Below are positions 26,681 through 40,543 of a stretch of DNA of 64,000 nt, piece after piece. Both the position numbers and the translations under genes were made by a program. The DNA is from the human T2T-CHM13v2.0 reference genome, Homo sapiens. The stretch lies in NCBI RefSeq assembly GCF_009914755.1, contig NC_060925.1. The stretch is one strand, 5' to 3'. The notes beneath the pieces are model-generated. The model had not been told where the DNA came from. It searched no databases and worked only from the letters and a program-made list of their open reading frames with translations. Within the stretch, counting starts at the first letter, position 1; each line of letters begins with the position of its first letter.

Positions 26681-27166
26681 CATTTCTTAAATATTGTATA
26701 CTTCACCAACTTTCAGGATCATTATTAGTCATTGCTGCATTTTATGTGTGTAGTTCAAATGATAATATGTGTAAAAGAAAATAGAATTTTAACAGTAAGT
26801 TTTTACAGATTTTAACTTCAAGTTACATATTTGAAGTTGAATATTTGGATATTAAGAATCTCAATGAAACCCTTGCTTTTACTGTGAACATTGTTTTACT
26901 TTAAACCTCATAATAACTCCCGTCAAAAATAAAATTAGGTCAAATTAGATAATTTTTAAAGTTTATTGTGCATACAAAAGAACAGTTTGCTAACCAGGAA
27001 ACCATAAAGTGAAAATGGTAAGAAGCACCACTTATAGCAATAATAACATAATATATCAAGCAAAAAACAGGAAGTATTTTGCCCTGTTTTGCAAGGTAGT
27101 AGTATGCTGTTCAGAAAGCATTGCAGATAGTGTCATTAATCATGTAGGAAACAATATAAAATCAAA

Positions 27167-27882
27167 TTCTGGTGTGTTGGCAAAGGTTTAACAACCAATT
27201 CTACAAAAACAAAAACCAAACGGAAACAGAAGACTGCTTTGTAGAATTTAATGATTTTTGTAGCGTGAGTACTTTCACCTCGGACTATTTCAGTCTGCTA
27301 TATTTCAAGAAATATGAAGGATATTAGATTTTACCCTACTTGCAGTCAAATATGTTAGCATGTCATAGTTTCATGGTTGCTGGCAGAAGATATGAGACTC
27401 TGAGTCAGAGACAAAGGGCAGCTTATTATTCATAGTAACAGCAGTTGGCAGAGTATCAGAATTTGTGCCATTTCCCTAACCCCAAATCCCATAGGGTGAG
27501 ATAAAGATCTAAGTAACACCTGCATGTGTGTTATGAAAGAAAATCCCTGAGTTTAGGGTACCTGAATTTTTCATAAGTAATTGGCAAAACAAAATTTTCC
27601 AAAAGGGAGACATTATCTCTACTATTCTGGAGAGTAAACAAGTCTGTCTTTTACTCAAATTTGTTTAGTCTTTTTTTCAAATTTGTTAACTATACAAACA
27701 TCCTTAAAAAATTTTGTCATAGCAAAGGTCATCAGTACCGCTCTTCACAAAATACAGAAACTCAAGAAACCAACAAATAGTTGTTTTCCAATACCAATGT
27801 GATATCACTGAACATGGAATTGGAAAAATAAATGAACAGTTGCCTGTTGTGAGTCAGAATAATATGCTCCAGCATGTCACTA
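27167..27882 (-). mobile_element. MER63A-like hAT MITE split by LTR40
   Basis: Left half tggtgtgttggcaaaggtttaacaacc (27167-27302); right half ccaatgtgatatcactgaac...gctccagcatgtcacta (27794-27882). Confidence 0.7.
27303..27793 (-). mobile_element. LTR40-like ERVL solo LTR
   Basis: agattttaccctacttgcag...tgctggcagaagatatgagactc..gtcagagacaaagg matches the reverse complement of remembered LTR40. Confidence 0.75.
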
Positions 27883-28504
27883 CATTGGAATATTAAAATG
27901 CCATTTTTTATAGTTAGGTGAATAAGATAGATAGTGTAACAATTACAAGATATACATTATAATCATATTTATTTTTAACTAAAAAATTTATGTTAACCTT
28001 AAAGGAAAAAAAATGGTTATCTAATTCCTATTAGGAAAACATTAATAGAATAAGATATTAAATCAGTACAATATTAATTTATCATCCTGGCTGATACCAG
28101 AACTCAATAGGAAAATCGTTCAAATTCTTTGCAAATTCTGCATCACATATAAAGTGCTAAAGCATATTATATGATTTTAATATCATGGCTCTGTTCAAAT
28201 AAAATATTTTGACATTGCCCAAATTCTAACATAAATGATTTTAAAAGACCAAATATTAAACAAACACACTTGATTTGTTACTATTTATTTTCATGAGTTG
28301 TGTATGACTGTCTAGATAAATGTACTTTGGGAACATTGTATAGAGCTAAAAAATTGAAAAAATACTCAGTAAATTATGATTTATTCAATTAGTTAATTCA
28401 TTCGTGAGTTTCCTTAGTTCTGTGTTTCCTTATGTCATCACATTTGTCACAGTGAGTGGTGATTATCCATGTAACTGTATGTTTTTCTACCTATTCCAAG
28501 GCCT

Positions 28505-28681
28505 TTAACCAGAGCTGCACATCAGAATGAATTAGATGATTTGAAGCACACACATGCACATTTGCGTACACTTCTAGGCCTACCCTCAGAAATACAGTCA
28601 GTGGATCCAGGATATGGTAAGTGTATTTATATTTTTAAATTATCAGAAAAGTCTGACATACATCTTGGTTTAAAATAACTG
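28505..28681. mobile_element. MER5-like hAT-Charlie MITE
   Basis: gctgcacatcagaat...aggcctaccctcaga...ggtttaaaataactg. Confidence 0.55.
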
Positions 28682-29031
28682 AAATAACTGTCCTAAAATG
28701 TGTTATGGATAGCAGAAAAATTACTTACCCATCTGTGTTTCCCTTGTATCCATCATAGTGTTTCAAGAACAGTAAGTACTTACATATATCTGCTATTTCT
28801 TTCCAGCTCACATTGTTATAGTATACCATTGTTTTTCACATAGGCTTCTGAAACAGCTTCCTGAATGGAAATTACCATTTTATATTTTTAAATGTTCAAA
28901 TATTAGCAGTTTCATATGGCCCAGCCTAAAAGAATACAATCCAAAATTTTTAACATGCTTGCTGTCTATGACTTACTGTTCATGACATAATGTTATATTC
29001 TTACAAACTTATCTCATGGAATTCTTTTTCT

Positions 29032-29337
<306 letters not shown>

Positions 29338-30314
29338 ATGGAATTCTTTTTCTATTATTTCCATACTGAGACATGTCTTATCGTCAGAACAATTTTATCC
29401 CAGATTCATGATTCACTAAATGCAATTCCTATTTTCTAGTTCTTTATTTCCCTTCCTTTATGTTTATCTCTTCCTCTCTATTAGTATGAGAATAATTTGT
29501 AAACATTATATCCAAATTGACTGTTTTCTGCCATGATTCCCTGTCTTTGCTCATTTATTTCCTTTAAAATTTGAAAGATTTATCTAAATTTATGATTTTT
29601 ATTTTTATGGCTTTATTTCAAAATAAAAGTTTCATCTACATCTATTCATATAACTTGGAGGTAATTTTTGATATTTGTTTTACAATGTGTTCCAAAAGTA
29701 TAGCGATGTCAGCAAATGGCAGATATTTCAATACTTATTTGTTTAATAAACAAACACATATTTTAAATATTTTGAGAATATAATTAAGCATGATGTTATT
29801 ATATCACAAGATAATGTAATAAACGGTTTCAAAATAAAACTCTTGATATTTGGAAATGGTAACTCTTGTAGATCCCAAAAGCTGTCTCACACTTAATTCT
29901 TTTTTTAAAGGTTGAAAATAGAGATATTGATATTTTTTGGATTTCTCATATCAATCAGTTTTATCTTTCCCAGAACTTAAGTATCCTCTGAAAGCCATAG
30001 ATTAAGCTTCCGAATGAAATGCTCTCCCATTAAAAGAGGACTAGAATGTTTACCTACATAAAGTATTATTTCTATAGTTATAATTATATTTTACCAAAAT
30101 GTTACTTCATGAGGTATAAAAAATATGTATAAGTCCTTACAGAAATGAAAGGTTGTGAAAAAAATACCAGCATTCAAACAGGAGTATTTCTAAGCACAAA
30201 GACAGTCATAGTATTACTTCTGATTATAGTATTATGGGTTAAAACTGAGATATGATTGAACTTGTAACTGGCATGTAAGACAGAGAACTTTTTATTTTTT
30301 CAAATTAGAATATT

Positions 30315-30622
30315 TCTGGGTGTGCTGGCTCATGCCAGTAATCCAAGCACTTTGGGAGGCTGAGACAGGAGAATCACTTGAGCAAAGGATTTGAGACCAG
30401 CCTGGACAACATAGTGAAATCCCATCTCCACAAAAAATAAAAATATTGACTGGGCAAAGTGGTGCACACCTATAGTCCCAACTACTCATGAGATTGAGGT
30501 GAGAGCACTGCTAGAGCCCAGGAGTTCAAGGCTACAGTGAGATATCATCACATCACTGCACTCAAGCAGCCTGGGCAACAGAACCAGACCCTGTCTTCAA
30601 AGCAAAACCGATCACACAACAA
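30315..30622 (+). mobile_element. AluJ
   Basis: J-type positions (gagcccaggagttcaaggct); decayed tail; TSD CAAATTAGRATAT at 30301-30313 and 30623-30635. Confidence 0.9.
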
Positions 30623-31429
30623 CAAATTAGGATATGGACAGTTAGTATTCAAGTGCAAAAAAAAAAAATCATCTGTGTAGTAGCTGCAAATCCTTATCTA
30701 AATAAAATATAGCCTATCTTTAGTTTTTTTCTGAACCTGACTAGGCTCCAACAATTAGTGATGATGATGAAAAAGTACATATAGATGTAACATGTGCTAT
30801 ATTTGACTTTATTTCAGCAAATAAAATATTTAGCAAGTAGTTTATCCTGGTACACCAGAGAATAATAAGATGATAATAGAATTAACAGTGCTCTGTTTAT
30901 TTAGTCAAGAGCATTAGAAAGAATCTGGCCTAAAGGCCTAAATTTATAATATATTTTCTCAATCTCAAGCATATAGGTTAGTGCTTGCATTTTGAAGGAA
31001 TAATAAAGCTTAAAGTGAACAGTGGTTTGCTTTATTAGTAAAATGCTGTTTTATCCTCAGAACTAAAACCAAAAGCCAATTGACTTTTTTAAACATTTCA
31101 ATCAGTATATTTAAAATGCAGAAACATTTAAAGCTGATTAATGCAATTTAAATTAGTGGAAGGAACAGGTAATGTGTAAATTTGCCGGATGAGTCTCTGG
31201 GAGTTAATCCAATTTAGCAGTTACGGAGAAGGGGCCGTTATAATAGCGGGCCTTTAAATGCGTCATGACCAAATTACCAGTTGCTCTGAGAAGAGGATGA
31301 TGAAGAGGGATACTAGACTGTTATGTTAAAAAATAGAAAGACTCCCCCCAAGATTCAAGAAGCAGCTTTGTTCACTAAAATTCACACAGGTAGTCAGCAT
31401 CAAGTAACATTTTTAAGCAGTAACAGTAA

Positions 31430-31808
<379 letters not shown>

Positions 31809-33106
31809 TGAAAGTATTTTAAGAACACAATTGCACATACTAACAAAATGTAGGCTATCAGTATTAAGACAAAAAAAAAAAAAAGTCAGAGGATGCTCAG
31901 CTATTTAAACAGAATTACATCTCTAGATTAAAGCTGATTTGTTCACCCAGGCTACAAAAGAGACCTCAGCTAAGGAGCAATGACTCACTGAAGACTTCTA
32001 AATTCAATCTCATGCAGACACACACCAGAGGTGGGACTGGGACTGAGCATTCAAATGTATGCCCCAGTTGAGAGAGATGAATAAAGCATATTCTGACAAC
32101 TTATAGGGGATAAGAAAGAATATGGAGCAATATCAGCTCAATGTCATTGCATTTCTTGAAAATAACATATAATTATAAAATCCACCTTTTCTCTGAATTT
32201 ATTTTTCATTTGGTATAGTCAGAAAAAAATACAAACAAGATGTGGCATAATGGGAATTAATACAGGAGATAATTCTTTAAAAAAGTCTTCAGCAATACTA
32301 ACTATAACAAATAGCATAATGGATAAAGAGAATGAATCAGTACAATTCTAGAACTGTTTTAGCCAATAACAATATGAAGCAGGGTAAGATAGAAATAGGT
32401 GATTAGGGAATATAAGCTGTATTTCTAAAAGTTTTGCAATCTGCCACAAACTTGCATGAATTGCATTTGAATGCTTTCACTGTCCCTGAGTTCACTCTGC
32501 TATATTATGTCTTATTTGATCTAACACTTAACAGTCTCACTGATCACAAGTATGACGTTTGTAGGAAACAGCATCAAATATTTACAAATTCTGCAGTCAA
32601 CATTTTTATCCTTATCCTTCTTATATGGGAAAATGTACATTTTAGATGTTTTATAGTTTAGGATAACTTATGATATCAGGGCTTAATAATTTGTTTTGTC
32701 AACTTTTTCAAAAGCATGGTGGAAATTGAAATGTATGCAGAATGTAGGAATGAAAGTTTACTTCTGTAGACTTTCACCTTCATTGAGATAGGAAAAAATA
32801 AGTCATTTCAGGGGTCACAAACTTTTTCTAAAATGTACTTTTTGAAACTTTTTTTTAAAGATTTGATTTTTTTCAGACCTCTAAAGCTTCTCTGAAGCTG
32901 AAAAAGGAATAGAAATTCTCTTCGAAATTAGCATGTGAGCTTACTTTATTTACTCATAATCTTCAAGGGGCTGGAAATTGTATTGAGTTCACTTACTGAG
33001 AATAATTGGAGACCCAGAATTTATGCAGAACAAACTAGAGTTTTTCTAACTAGAGACATTTTTTAGTATGATTGATAATTTTAAACATCCTAAAAAAGAA
33101 CCTATA

Positions 33107-35450
33107 CTGATAGGTGTGAGGTGATGTCTTATTGTGGTTTTGATTTGCATTTCTCTAATGGTCAATGATATTGAGTTTTTCTTCATATGCTTGATGGCCA
33201 CATGCATGTCTTCTTTTGAATGGTGTCTGTTCATGTTTTTGCATGCTTTTTAATGGTATTGCTACAATTTTTCTTGTAAATATCTTTAAGTTATTTATAA
33301 ATGCTGGATATTAGACCTTTGTCACATGCATAGTTTGAAAATATTTTCTCCCATTCGATAGCTTATCTTTTTACTCTGTTGATAATTTCTTTTGCTGCGC
33401 ATAAGCTCTTAAATTTAATTAGATCCCATTTGTCAATTTTTGCTTGTTGAAATTGCTTTTGGCATCTTTGTCATGAAATCTTTGCCAGTTCCTGTGTCCA
33501 GAGTGGTATTGCCTACGTTGTCTTCCAGGATTTTTATAGCTTTGAGTTTTACATGTAAGTGTTTATCTTGCATTGATCTTTGTATAAGGTGAAAGGAATA
33601 AGTCCAGTTTCAAGCCTCTCCATATGGCTACCTAGTTATCCCAGTACCATATATTGAATAGGGAGTCCTTTCCCCATTGCTTTCTTGTCAGCTTTGCCAA
33701 AGATCAGATAATTGTACGTGTGTGGCCTTACTTCTGGGCTCTCTATTCTGTCCTATTGATCTATATGTCTGTTTTTGTACCAGCACCATGCTGTTTTGGT
33801 TACTGTAGCCTTGTAGTATATTTTGAAGTCAGATAGTGTGATGACTTCAGCTTTGTTCTTTTTACTTAAAAGTGTCCTGGCTATTTAGGATCTTTTTAGT
33901 TCCATATGAGTTTTAAAATAGTCCTTTTCTAGTTTTGTTAAAAATGTCATTGGTAGTTTGATAGGAGTATCATTGACTCTGTGAATTGCTTTGGGAAGTA
34001 TGGCCATTTTAATATTGATTTTTACTCTCCGTGACCATGAAATGTTTTTTCATTTGTTTGTGCCCTCTCTGATTTCTTTGAGCAGCAGTTTGTAATTCTC
34101 ATTGTAGATATCTTTCACCTCCCTGGTTAGCTGTATTCTTAGGTATTTCATTTTGTGGCATTTGTGAACAGGATTTTGTTCCTGATTTGTCTCTTGGCTT
34201 GATTGTTGTGGGTGTATAGGAATGCTAGTATATTTCATACATTGATTTTGTATCCTAAAACTTTGCTGAAGTTGTTTATCAGCTGAAGGAGTTTTGGGGC
34301 TGACACTAGGGGGTTTTCTAGAAATAGAATCATGTCTCCTGCTATCGAGGATAATTTGACTTCCTTTCTGCCTGTTTGGATGCCCTTTATTTCTTTCTCT
34401 TGCCTGAATGCTCTGGCCAGAACTCCCAATACTATGTTGAATAGGAGTGGTGAGAGAGTGCATCCTTGTCTTGTGCCAGTTTTAAAGGGGAATGCTTCCA
34501 GTTTTGCCCATTCAGTATGATGTTGACTATGGGTTTTTCATGGATGGCTCTTATTATTCTGAAGTATGTTCCTTCAATAACTAGGTTATTGAGAGATTTA
34601 AACATGAAGGGATGTTGAATTTTATCAAAAGACTTTTCTACATCTAAGGAGATAATCGTGTGGCTTTTGTTTTTAGTTCTGTTTATGTGATTAATCACAT
34701 TTATTGATTTGTATATGTTGAACCAACCTGGCATCCCAGAGATAAAGCCTGCTTGATTATGTTGGATTAACTTCTTGATGTGTTGCTGGATTCTGTTTGC
34801 AAACATTTTGCTGAGGATTTTTTTTTATCAATGTTCATCATGGATATTGGCCTGAAGTGTTCTTTGTTGTTGTTGTGCCTCTGCTGAGTTTTGGTATTAG
34901 GATGATGTTGGCCTCATAGAATGAGTTGAGGATTTTTTGGAATAATTTCAGTAGCAATGTTACCAGCTCTTCTTTGTACATCTGGTACAATTCAGCTGTG
35001 CATCCACTGGTCCTGGGCTTTTTTTGGTTGGTAGGCTATTTACTACTGATTCAATTTCAGAGTTTGTTATTGGTTTGCTGTGGCGAGTCAATTTTCTCTG
35101 GTCCAGTCTGGAGGGTATATTTTTCCAGGAATTTTCCATCTCTTCTAGGTTTTCTAGTTTGTATGCATAGAGGTATTTATAATAGTCTCTGACGGTTGTT
35201 TATATTTCTGTGGGGTCAGTGGTAACATACACTTTGTCATTTCTAATTGTGTTCATTTAGACTGTCTCTCTTTTCTTTTTCATTAGTCTAGCTAGCAGTC
35301 TCTCTATCTTATTTATTTAAGAAAAAAAACAGCTCTGGCTTTGTTAATCATTTGAATGTTTTTTCATGTCTCAATCTCCTGTAGTTCAACACTGATTGTG
35401 GTTATTGATTGTCTTCTGCTAGCTTTGGGGTTGGTTTGCTCTTGCTTCTT
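33107..35450 (-). mobile_element. L1PA15/16-like ORF2 segment (inverted 5' part)
   Basis: Antisense ORF2 peptides ([35 protein letters not shown]); RT FADD degraded to IAGD. Confidence 0.9.
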
Positions 35451-36165
35451 ATTAAAACATCAAAAAGAAAAAACAGATGCTGATGATATTGAGGAGTAAA
35501 GAAAACACTTATATACTGCTGGTTAGAGTGTACATTAGTTCAGCCATTGTGGAAAGCAGTGTGTCGATTCCTCAAAGAACCTTAAACAGAACTACCATTT
35601 GACCCATTACTGGGTATATACTCAAAGGAATATAAACTATTCTACTATAAAGGCACATGCATGTGTATGTTCATTGCAGCACTATTCACAATAGCCAAGG
35701 AATCAACCTGAGTGCCCATCAATGGCAGACTGGATTTTTAAAAATGTGGTATATATACTCCATTGAATACTATACAGCCATAAAAAGAGTGAGGTCATGT
35801 ATTTTGTGAGAATATGGATAGAGCTGGAGGTCATTTTCCTTAGCAAAATAATGCAGTGACATTCAACCAAATGCTGTATATTCTCACTGATAAGTGGGAG
35901 CTAAACCAAATACTGTATGTTCTCAATTATAAGTGGGAGCTAAATGATGAGAACACATGAACATAAAAGGGGAAGAGATACTGGGGCCTACTTGAGGGTG
36001 AAGGGTGGGAGGTGGGAGAAGATAAAAAAAAATAACTATTTTTTACTGGGCTTAGTACCTGGGTGACAAAATAACCTGTACAACAAACCTCCATAACACG
36101 TATTTATGTATATAACAAACCTGCACATGTACCTCTGAATCTAAAATAAAAGCTTTTTATAAAAA
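35451..36165 (+). mobile_element. L1PA15/16-like 3' segment (sense)
   Basis: ORF2 C-terminus and 3'UTR ending aataaaagc; contains a 39-bp tandem duplication at 35865-35942. Confidence 0.9.
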
Positions 36166-36917
36166 GGAAAGCACCCACTTTTTTCTATTTCTATTTTATT
36201 TGATGTAGTCAACATGTCATGCCATGTGACATTTCGTTATTTATCTTTGGTTGTGCTACCATACTAAGAGATCTCATTTAGTAACTGTATTTTTGCTTTG
36301 TGACTTCAAGTTATAAATAATTACATTGTATAAATGTACTCTTCATTTCTATAAATTTTAATGTTAACAAACTATATAAAATATTATGCTGAAATACCAA
36401 TATATATTTTAAAAATTAGAATACAGTAGAAAAAATCATTATTTTGCAAAAATTTTTGTATAAAAAGTATCTTGTAATGGACATTTCATTGACCACCTGG
36501 ACTCTCTCTCAATTAGATTAATATAAGATGTTGAACTGTCATTACCAAGTTTCGCTTTAAGATGTCTCTCAATATTGTCAGCAGCATATTCACTGACATT
36601 AGTTGACATAGTTATAAAACCAATATTATCAGTTGATAATTTTCTAGGATTCTGTGAGTTAAAGGAACTTAATTCTTTGGTCCACTAGGTAAGATTCTCA
36701 AATATGGGTTTACAAACTAGTTCTCTTGGGAAGTTCTCAGTAGTATAATTATGGAAATTGGGAAACAACACTGAGGTTTTCATAAAGTAAAATGTATTCA
36801 ATTTAACTGGCATCTTTATTCTGGTATTGTATTTTCATAAGCTTTTATTACTGAAATGGCTTTTATAATATTGTCATGGTTAATTTTACATGTTAATGTG
36901 GCTAAGCTAAGGGATGT

Positions 36918-39555
36918 TGTATTAGTTCATTTTCACACTGCTATAAAGAACTACCTGAGACTGGGCAATTTATAAATAAAAAGAGGTTTATTTTACTCAC
37001 CATTCCACAGGCTAACAGGAAGCATCACTGGGGTGCCTCAGGGAATTTACTATCATGGCAGAAGGCAAAGAGGAAGCAAGCATGTTTTACCATGGCAGAG
37101 AAAGAGAGAGAGAGAGTGAGGGTGGGGAAGTGCCATACTTTTTAACCATCAGGTCTCATAAGAACTCACTCACTATCATGAGAACAGGATGGGGGGAACC
37201 AGCCTATATGATCTAATCACCTGCCACCAGTCCCCTTCTTCAACACATTGGGATTATAATTCAACATAAGATTTGGATAGGGACACAGAGGCAAACCATA
37301 TCGTTCTACCCCGGCCCCTCCCAAATCTCATACCTTTCTCACATTTCAAACACAATCATGCCTTCCCAACAAACCCGTAAAGTCTTAATTTATTCCAGCA
37401 TCACTCAAAAATCCAAGTCCAAAATCTCATCTGAGATAAGGTGAGTTGCTTCCAACTATGAGCCTGAAAAATCAAAAGCAAGTTAGTTACTTCCAAGATA
37501 TAATGGAATATAGGCAGTGGATAAATACTCCCATTCCAAAAGGGAGAAATCAGTCAAAACAAAGGAACTACAGACCCCATGCAAGCCCAAAACCCAGTAG
37601 AGCAGCAATTAAATCTTAAAGTTCCAAATTAACATCCCTTGACTCATGGTTTCCATCCAGTACTCACTGATGCAAGGGGTGGATTCCCAAGACCATAGAC
37701 AGGTTTATGCTTGGAGCTCTACAGGGTACAGCCCCCATACTGCTTTCACAGGCTGGGATTGAGTGCCTGTGGCTTTTCCAGGAACACAGTGCAAGCTGTT
37801 GGTGAATCTACCATTCTGGGGTCTGGAGGACAGTGGCCCTCTTCTCACAGCTCCACTAGGCAGCACCCTAGTGGTGACCCTGTGTTGGGGCTCCAATTCC
37901 AGATTTCCCATTCACACTGCCCTTGTAGAGGTTTTCCATGAGGACTCTGACCCTACAGCAGACTTCTGCCTGGACATGCAGGCAGATGGAAATCTAGGCA
38001 GAGGTTCCCAAACTCTTGTCTTCTGTATACCTGCAGGCCCAACACCTCATAGAAGCCACCAAGGATTGGGGCATGCACCCTCTAAAGCAACAGCCTAAGC
38101 TGTATCTTGGTCCTATTTAGCCATGTCTGGAGCTAGAGTACCCGGGACACAGGGTGCCATGTCTGGACCTGGAGCAGCTGGGACATAGGGAGCCATGTCC
38201 CAAGGCTGCATAGAGCCGTGGGGACCTGGGCTTGGCCCAGGAAACCATTTTTTCCTTCTAGGCCTCCAGGCCTGTGATGAGAGTGGCTGTCACAAAGGTC
38301 TCTGACATGCCATGGAGACATTTTCCCCATTGTCTTGGGTATTAACATTTAGCTCCCCTTAACTTATGCAATTTTCTGTAGCTGGCTTAAACATCTCCCT
38401 AAAAAAGGTTTATTTTTATTTTGTACCACATGATCAGGCTGCAAATTTTCCAAACTTTTATGCTCTTCATCTCTTTTAAACATAAACTCCAATTTCAGAC
38501 CATCTCTTTGTGAATGCATATGACTGTATGCTGTTAGGAACAATCAGATCACTTCTTGAATGCTTTGCTGCATAGCAAATTTCACTCGATATCCTCAATC
38601 ATCTCTCTCAAGTTTAAAGTTCCACAGATCCCCAGAGCAGGTGCTATGCTGTAAGTCTCTTTGCTAAAGCATAACAATGGTGACCTTTGCTCCAGTTCCC
38701 AATAAGTTCCTCATCTCCATCTGAGACCACATCACCCTGGACTTCATTGTCTACATCACTATCAGCATTTTGGTCAAAATCATTAACAAGTATCTAGGAA
38801 ATTCCAAACCTTCCTTTATCTTCCTGTCTTTCTCTAAGCCCTCCACATTCCAACCTCTGCCTGTTACCCAGTTCCAAAGTTGGTAGCACATTTTCAGGTA
38901 TATTTATAGCAATGCCCCACTCTCCTGGTACCAATGTCCTGTATTAGTTTGCTTTCACACTGCTATAAAGAAATACCTGAGACTGGGTAATTTATGAAGA
39001 AAAGAGATTTGACTTACTCTTCCACAGACTTAACAGGAAGCATGACCGGAAGGGCTTAGGAACTTATAGTCAAGGCAAAAGGTGAAGAGGAAGGAAGCCT
39101 GTCATACCACCACAGTGGAGCAGGAGAGACACAGAGAGAAAGGAGCTGGGGAGTGCCACAATTTTTTTTTTTTTTTGAGACAGGGCCTGACTCTCTTCAC
39201 CCAGGCTGAAGTGCAGTGGTGCGATCTCAACTCACTGCAGCTTTGACTTCCTAGTCTCAGGTGATTCTCCCACCTAAGCCTCCTGAGTATCTGAGATTAA
39301 AGGCATGTGCCACCAAGTCCAGCTAATTTTTGTATCCTTAGTACAGATGTGGTTTCACTATGTTGCCCAGGCTTGATGAGGTGCCACACTTTTAAACTGT
39401 CAGATCTTTTGGGATGTCACTCACTATCATGAGAACAGCATGGAGGAAATCCTCTCCCTATGATCCAATCACCTCCCACCAGGACTCTTCTTCAGCAGGT
39501 GGGAACTATAATTCAACATGAGATTTGGGTGGGGACACAGAGTCAAACCATATCA
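36918..39555 (-). mobile_element. Complete MSTA MaLR element (LTR-int-LTR)
   Basis: LTRs at 36918-37303 and 38940-39555, ~1.64-kb internal region; 5-bp TSD GATGT at 36913-36917 and 39556-39560. Confidence 0.9.
39162..39377 (-). mobile_element. 5'-truncated AluJ-like element inside the MSTA 5' LTR
   Basis: T-tail plus right arm and part of the left arm; TSD gtgccaca(a/c)tttt on both sides. Confidence 0.87.
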
Positions 39556-39911
39556 GATGTCCAGATAGCTGGTAAAACATTATTTCTCTCTGTAAGGGTG
39601 TTTGTGGAAGAGGTTAGCATTTGAGTCAGTAGACTGAGGGCAAAAAATTTACCTCACTAACATGCATGGGCATCATTCAATCTGCAAAGAACATGAATAG
39701 AACAAAAAGAGGAAGGGTAAATTCGCTCTCTCTGAATTGGGTCATCTATCTTCTCCTACTCTTGGACATCAGCACTCCTGTTGTAAGGCATGCAGACTCA
39801 GAGTAAATTATACCACTTTCCTGGTTCTTCATCTTGCACACAGAAGATCATGGGACTTCTTGGGCTCTGTAATCATGTGAGACAATTCCCATAATAAAAA
39901 AAAAAATAAAT

Positions 39912-39929
39912 CACAAACACACACATACA

Positions 39930-39969
<40 letters not shown>
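39912..39969. repeat. (CA)n microsatellite
   Basis: About 19 perfect CA units at 39931-39969 with an imperfect lead-in. Confidence 0.95.
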
Positions 39970-39971
<2 letters not shown>

Positions 39972-40315
39972 CCTTCTACACCCAAAGCTGTAGGTTAATT
40001 ACTTAGTGTCTTTTATAAGACTGTGAAAGAAAGATCAGATACTGCTAATGCTGATTATTGAATGCCCTGCTGGATAACTCTTGGCTTTGTTTCTATGAAG
40101 AACATTAGTATAAATATAAAAGTGTAAGGATTTTGACGGTATTTAGATTTTATTCTCCCATACTTAATTTAAATACAAATTGTCAACACAATGTCATTTC
40201 CTCATTTTAAATTTTAAAGATGTGGCTTGGCTAAATAAAAAAAAAATATTATAGGACCACCTAGTTATAATCTGGACATAATCTTGTATACTACATCAAA
40301 AGTTATTTTTATTTA

Positions 40316-40543
40316 TTCACTCAAAGGATTACTTTATTAAAGTCAACATTAAACAACCAATATAATAATAAAGAAAAGAATGAAAGAGCATTTGCAAGAC
40401 CAAGAAAAGAGCAAGAGCTTGTGTAAATGTGTTCACTCAAAGGATTACTTTATTAAAGTCAGCATTAAACAACCAATATAATAATAAAGGAAAGAAAGAG
40501 CATTTGCAAGACCAAGAAAAGAGCAAGAGCTTGTGTAAATGTG
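40316..40543. repeat. 116/112-bp tandem duplication
   Basis: Units 40316-40431 and 40432-40543; about 2 substitutions and a 4-bp indel. Confidence 0.95.

Larger units (their letters stand above)
36872..40115 (+). mobile_element. MLT2C/D-like LTR split by an MSTA provirus
   Basis: tgtcatggttaattttacatg...gggatgt (36872-36917) resumes ccagatagctggtaaaacattatttct at 39561, with a CA tract and a degraded end near 40115. Confidence 0.78.
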
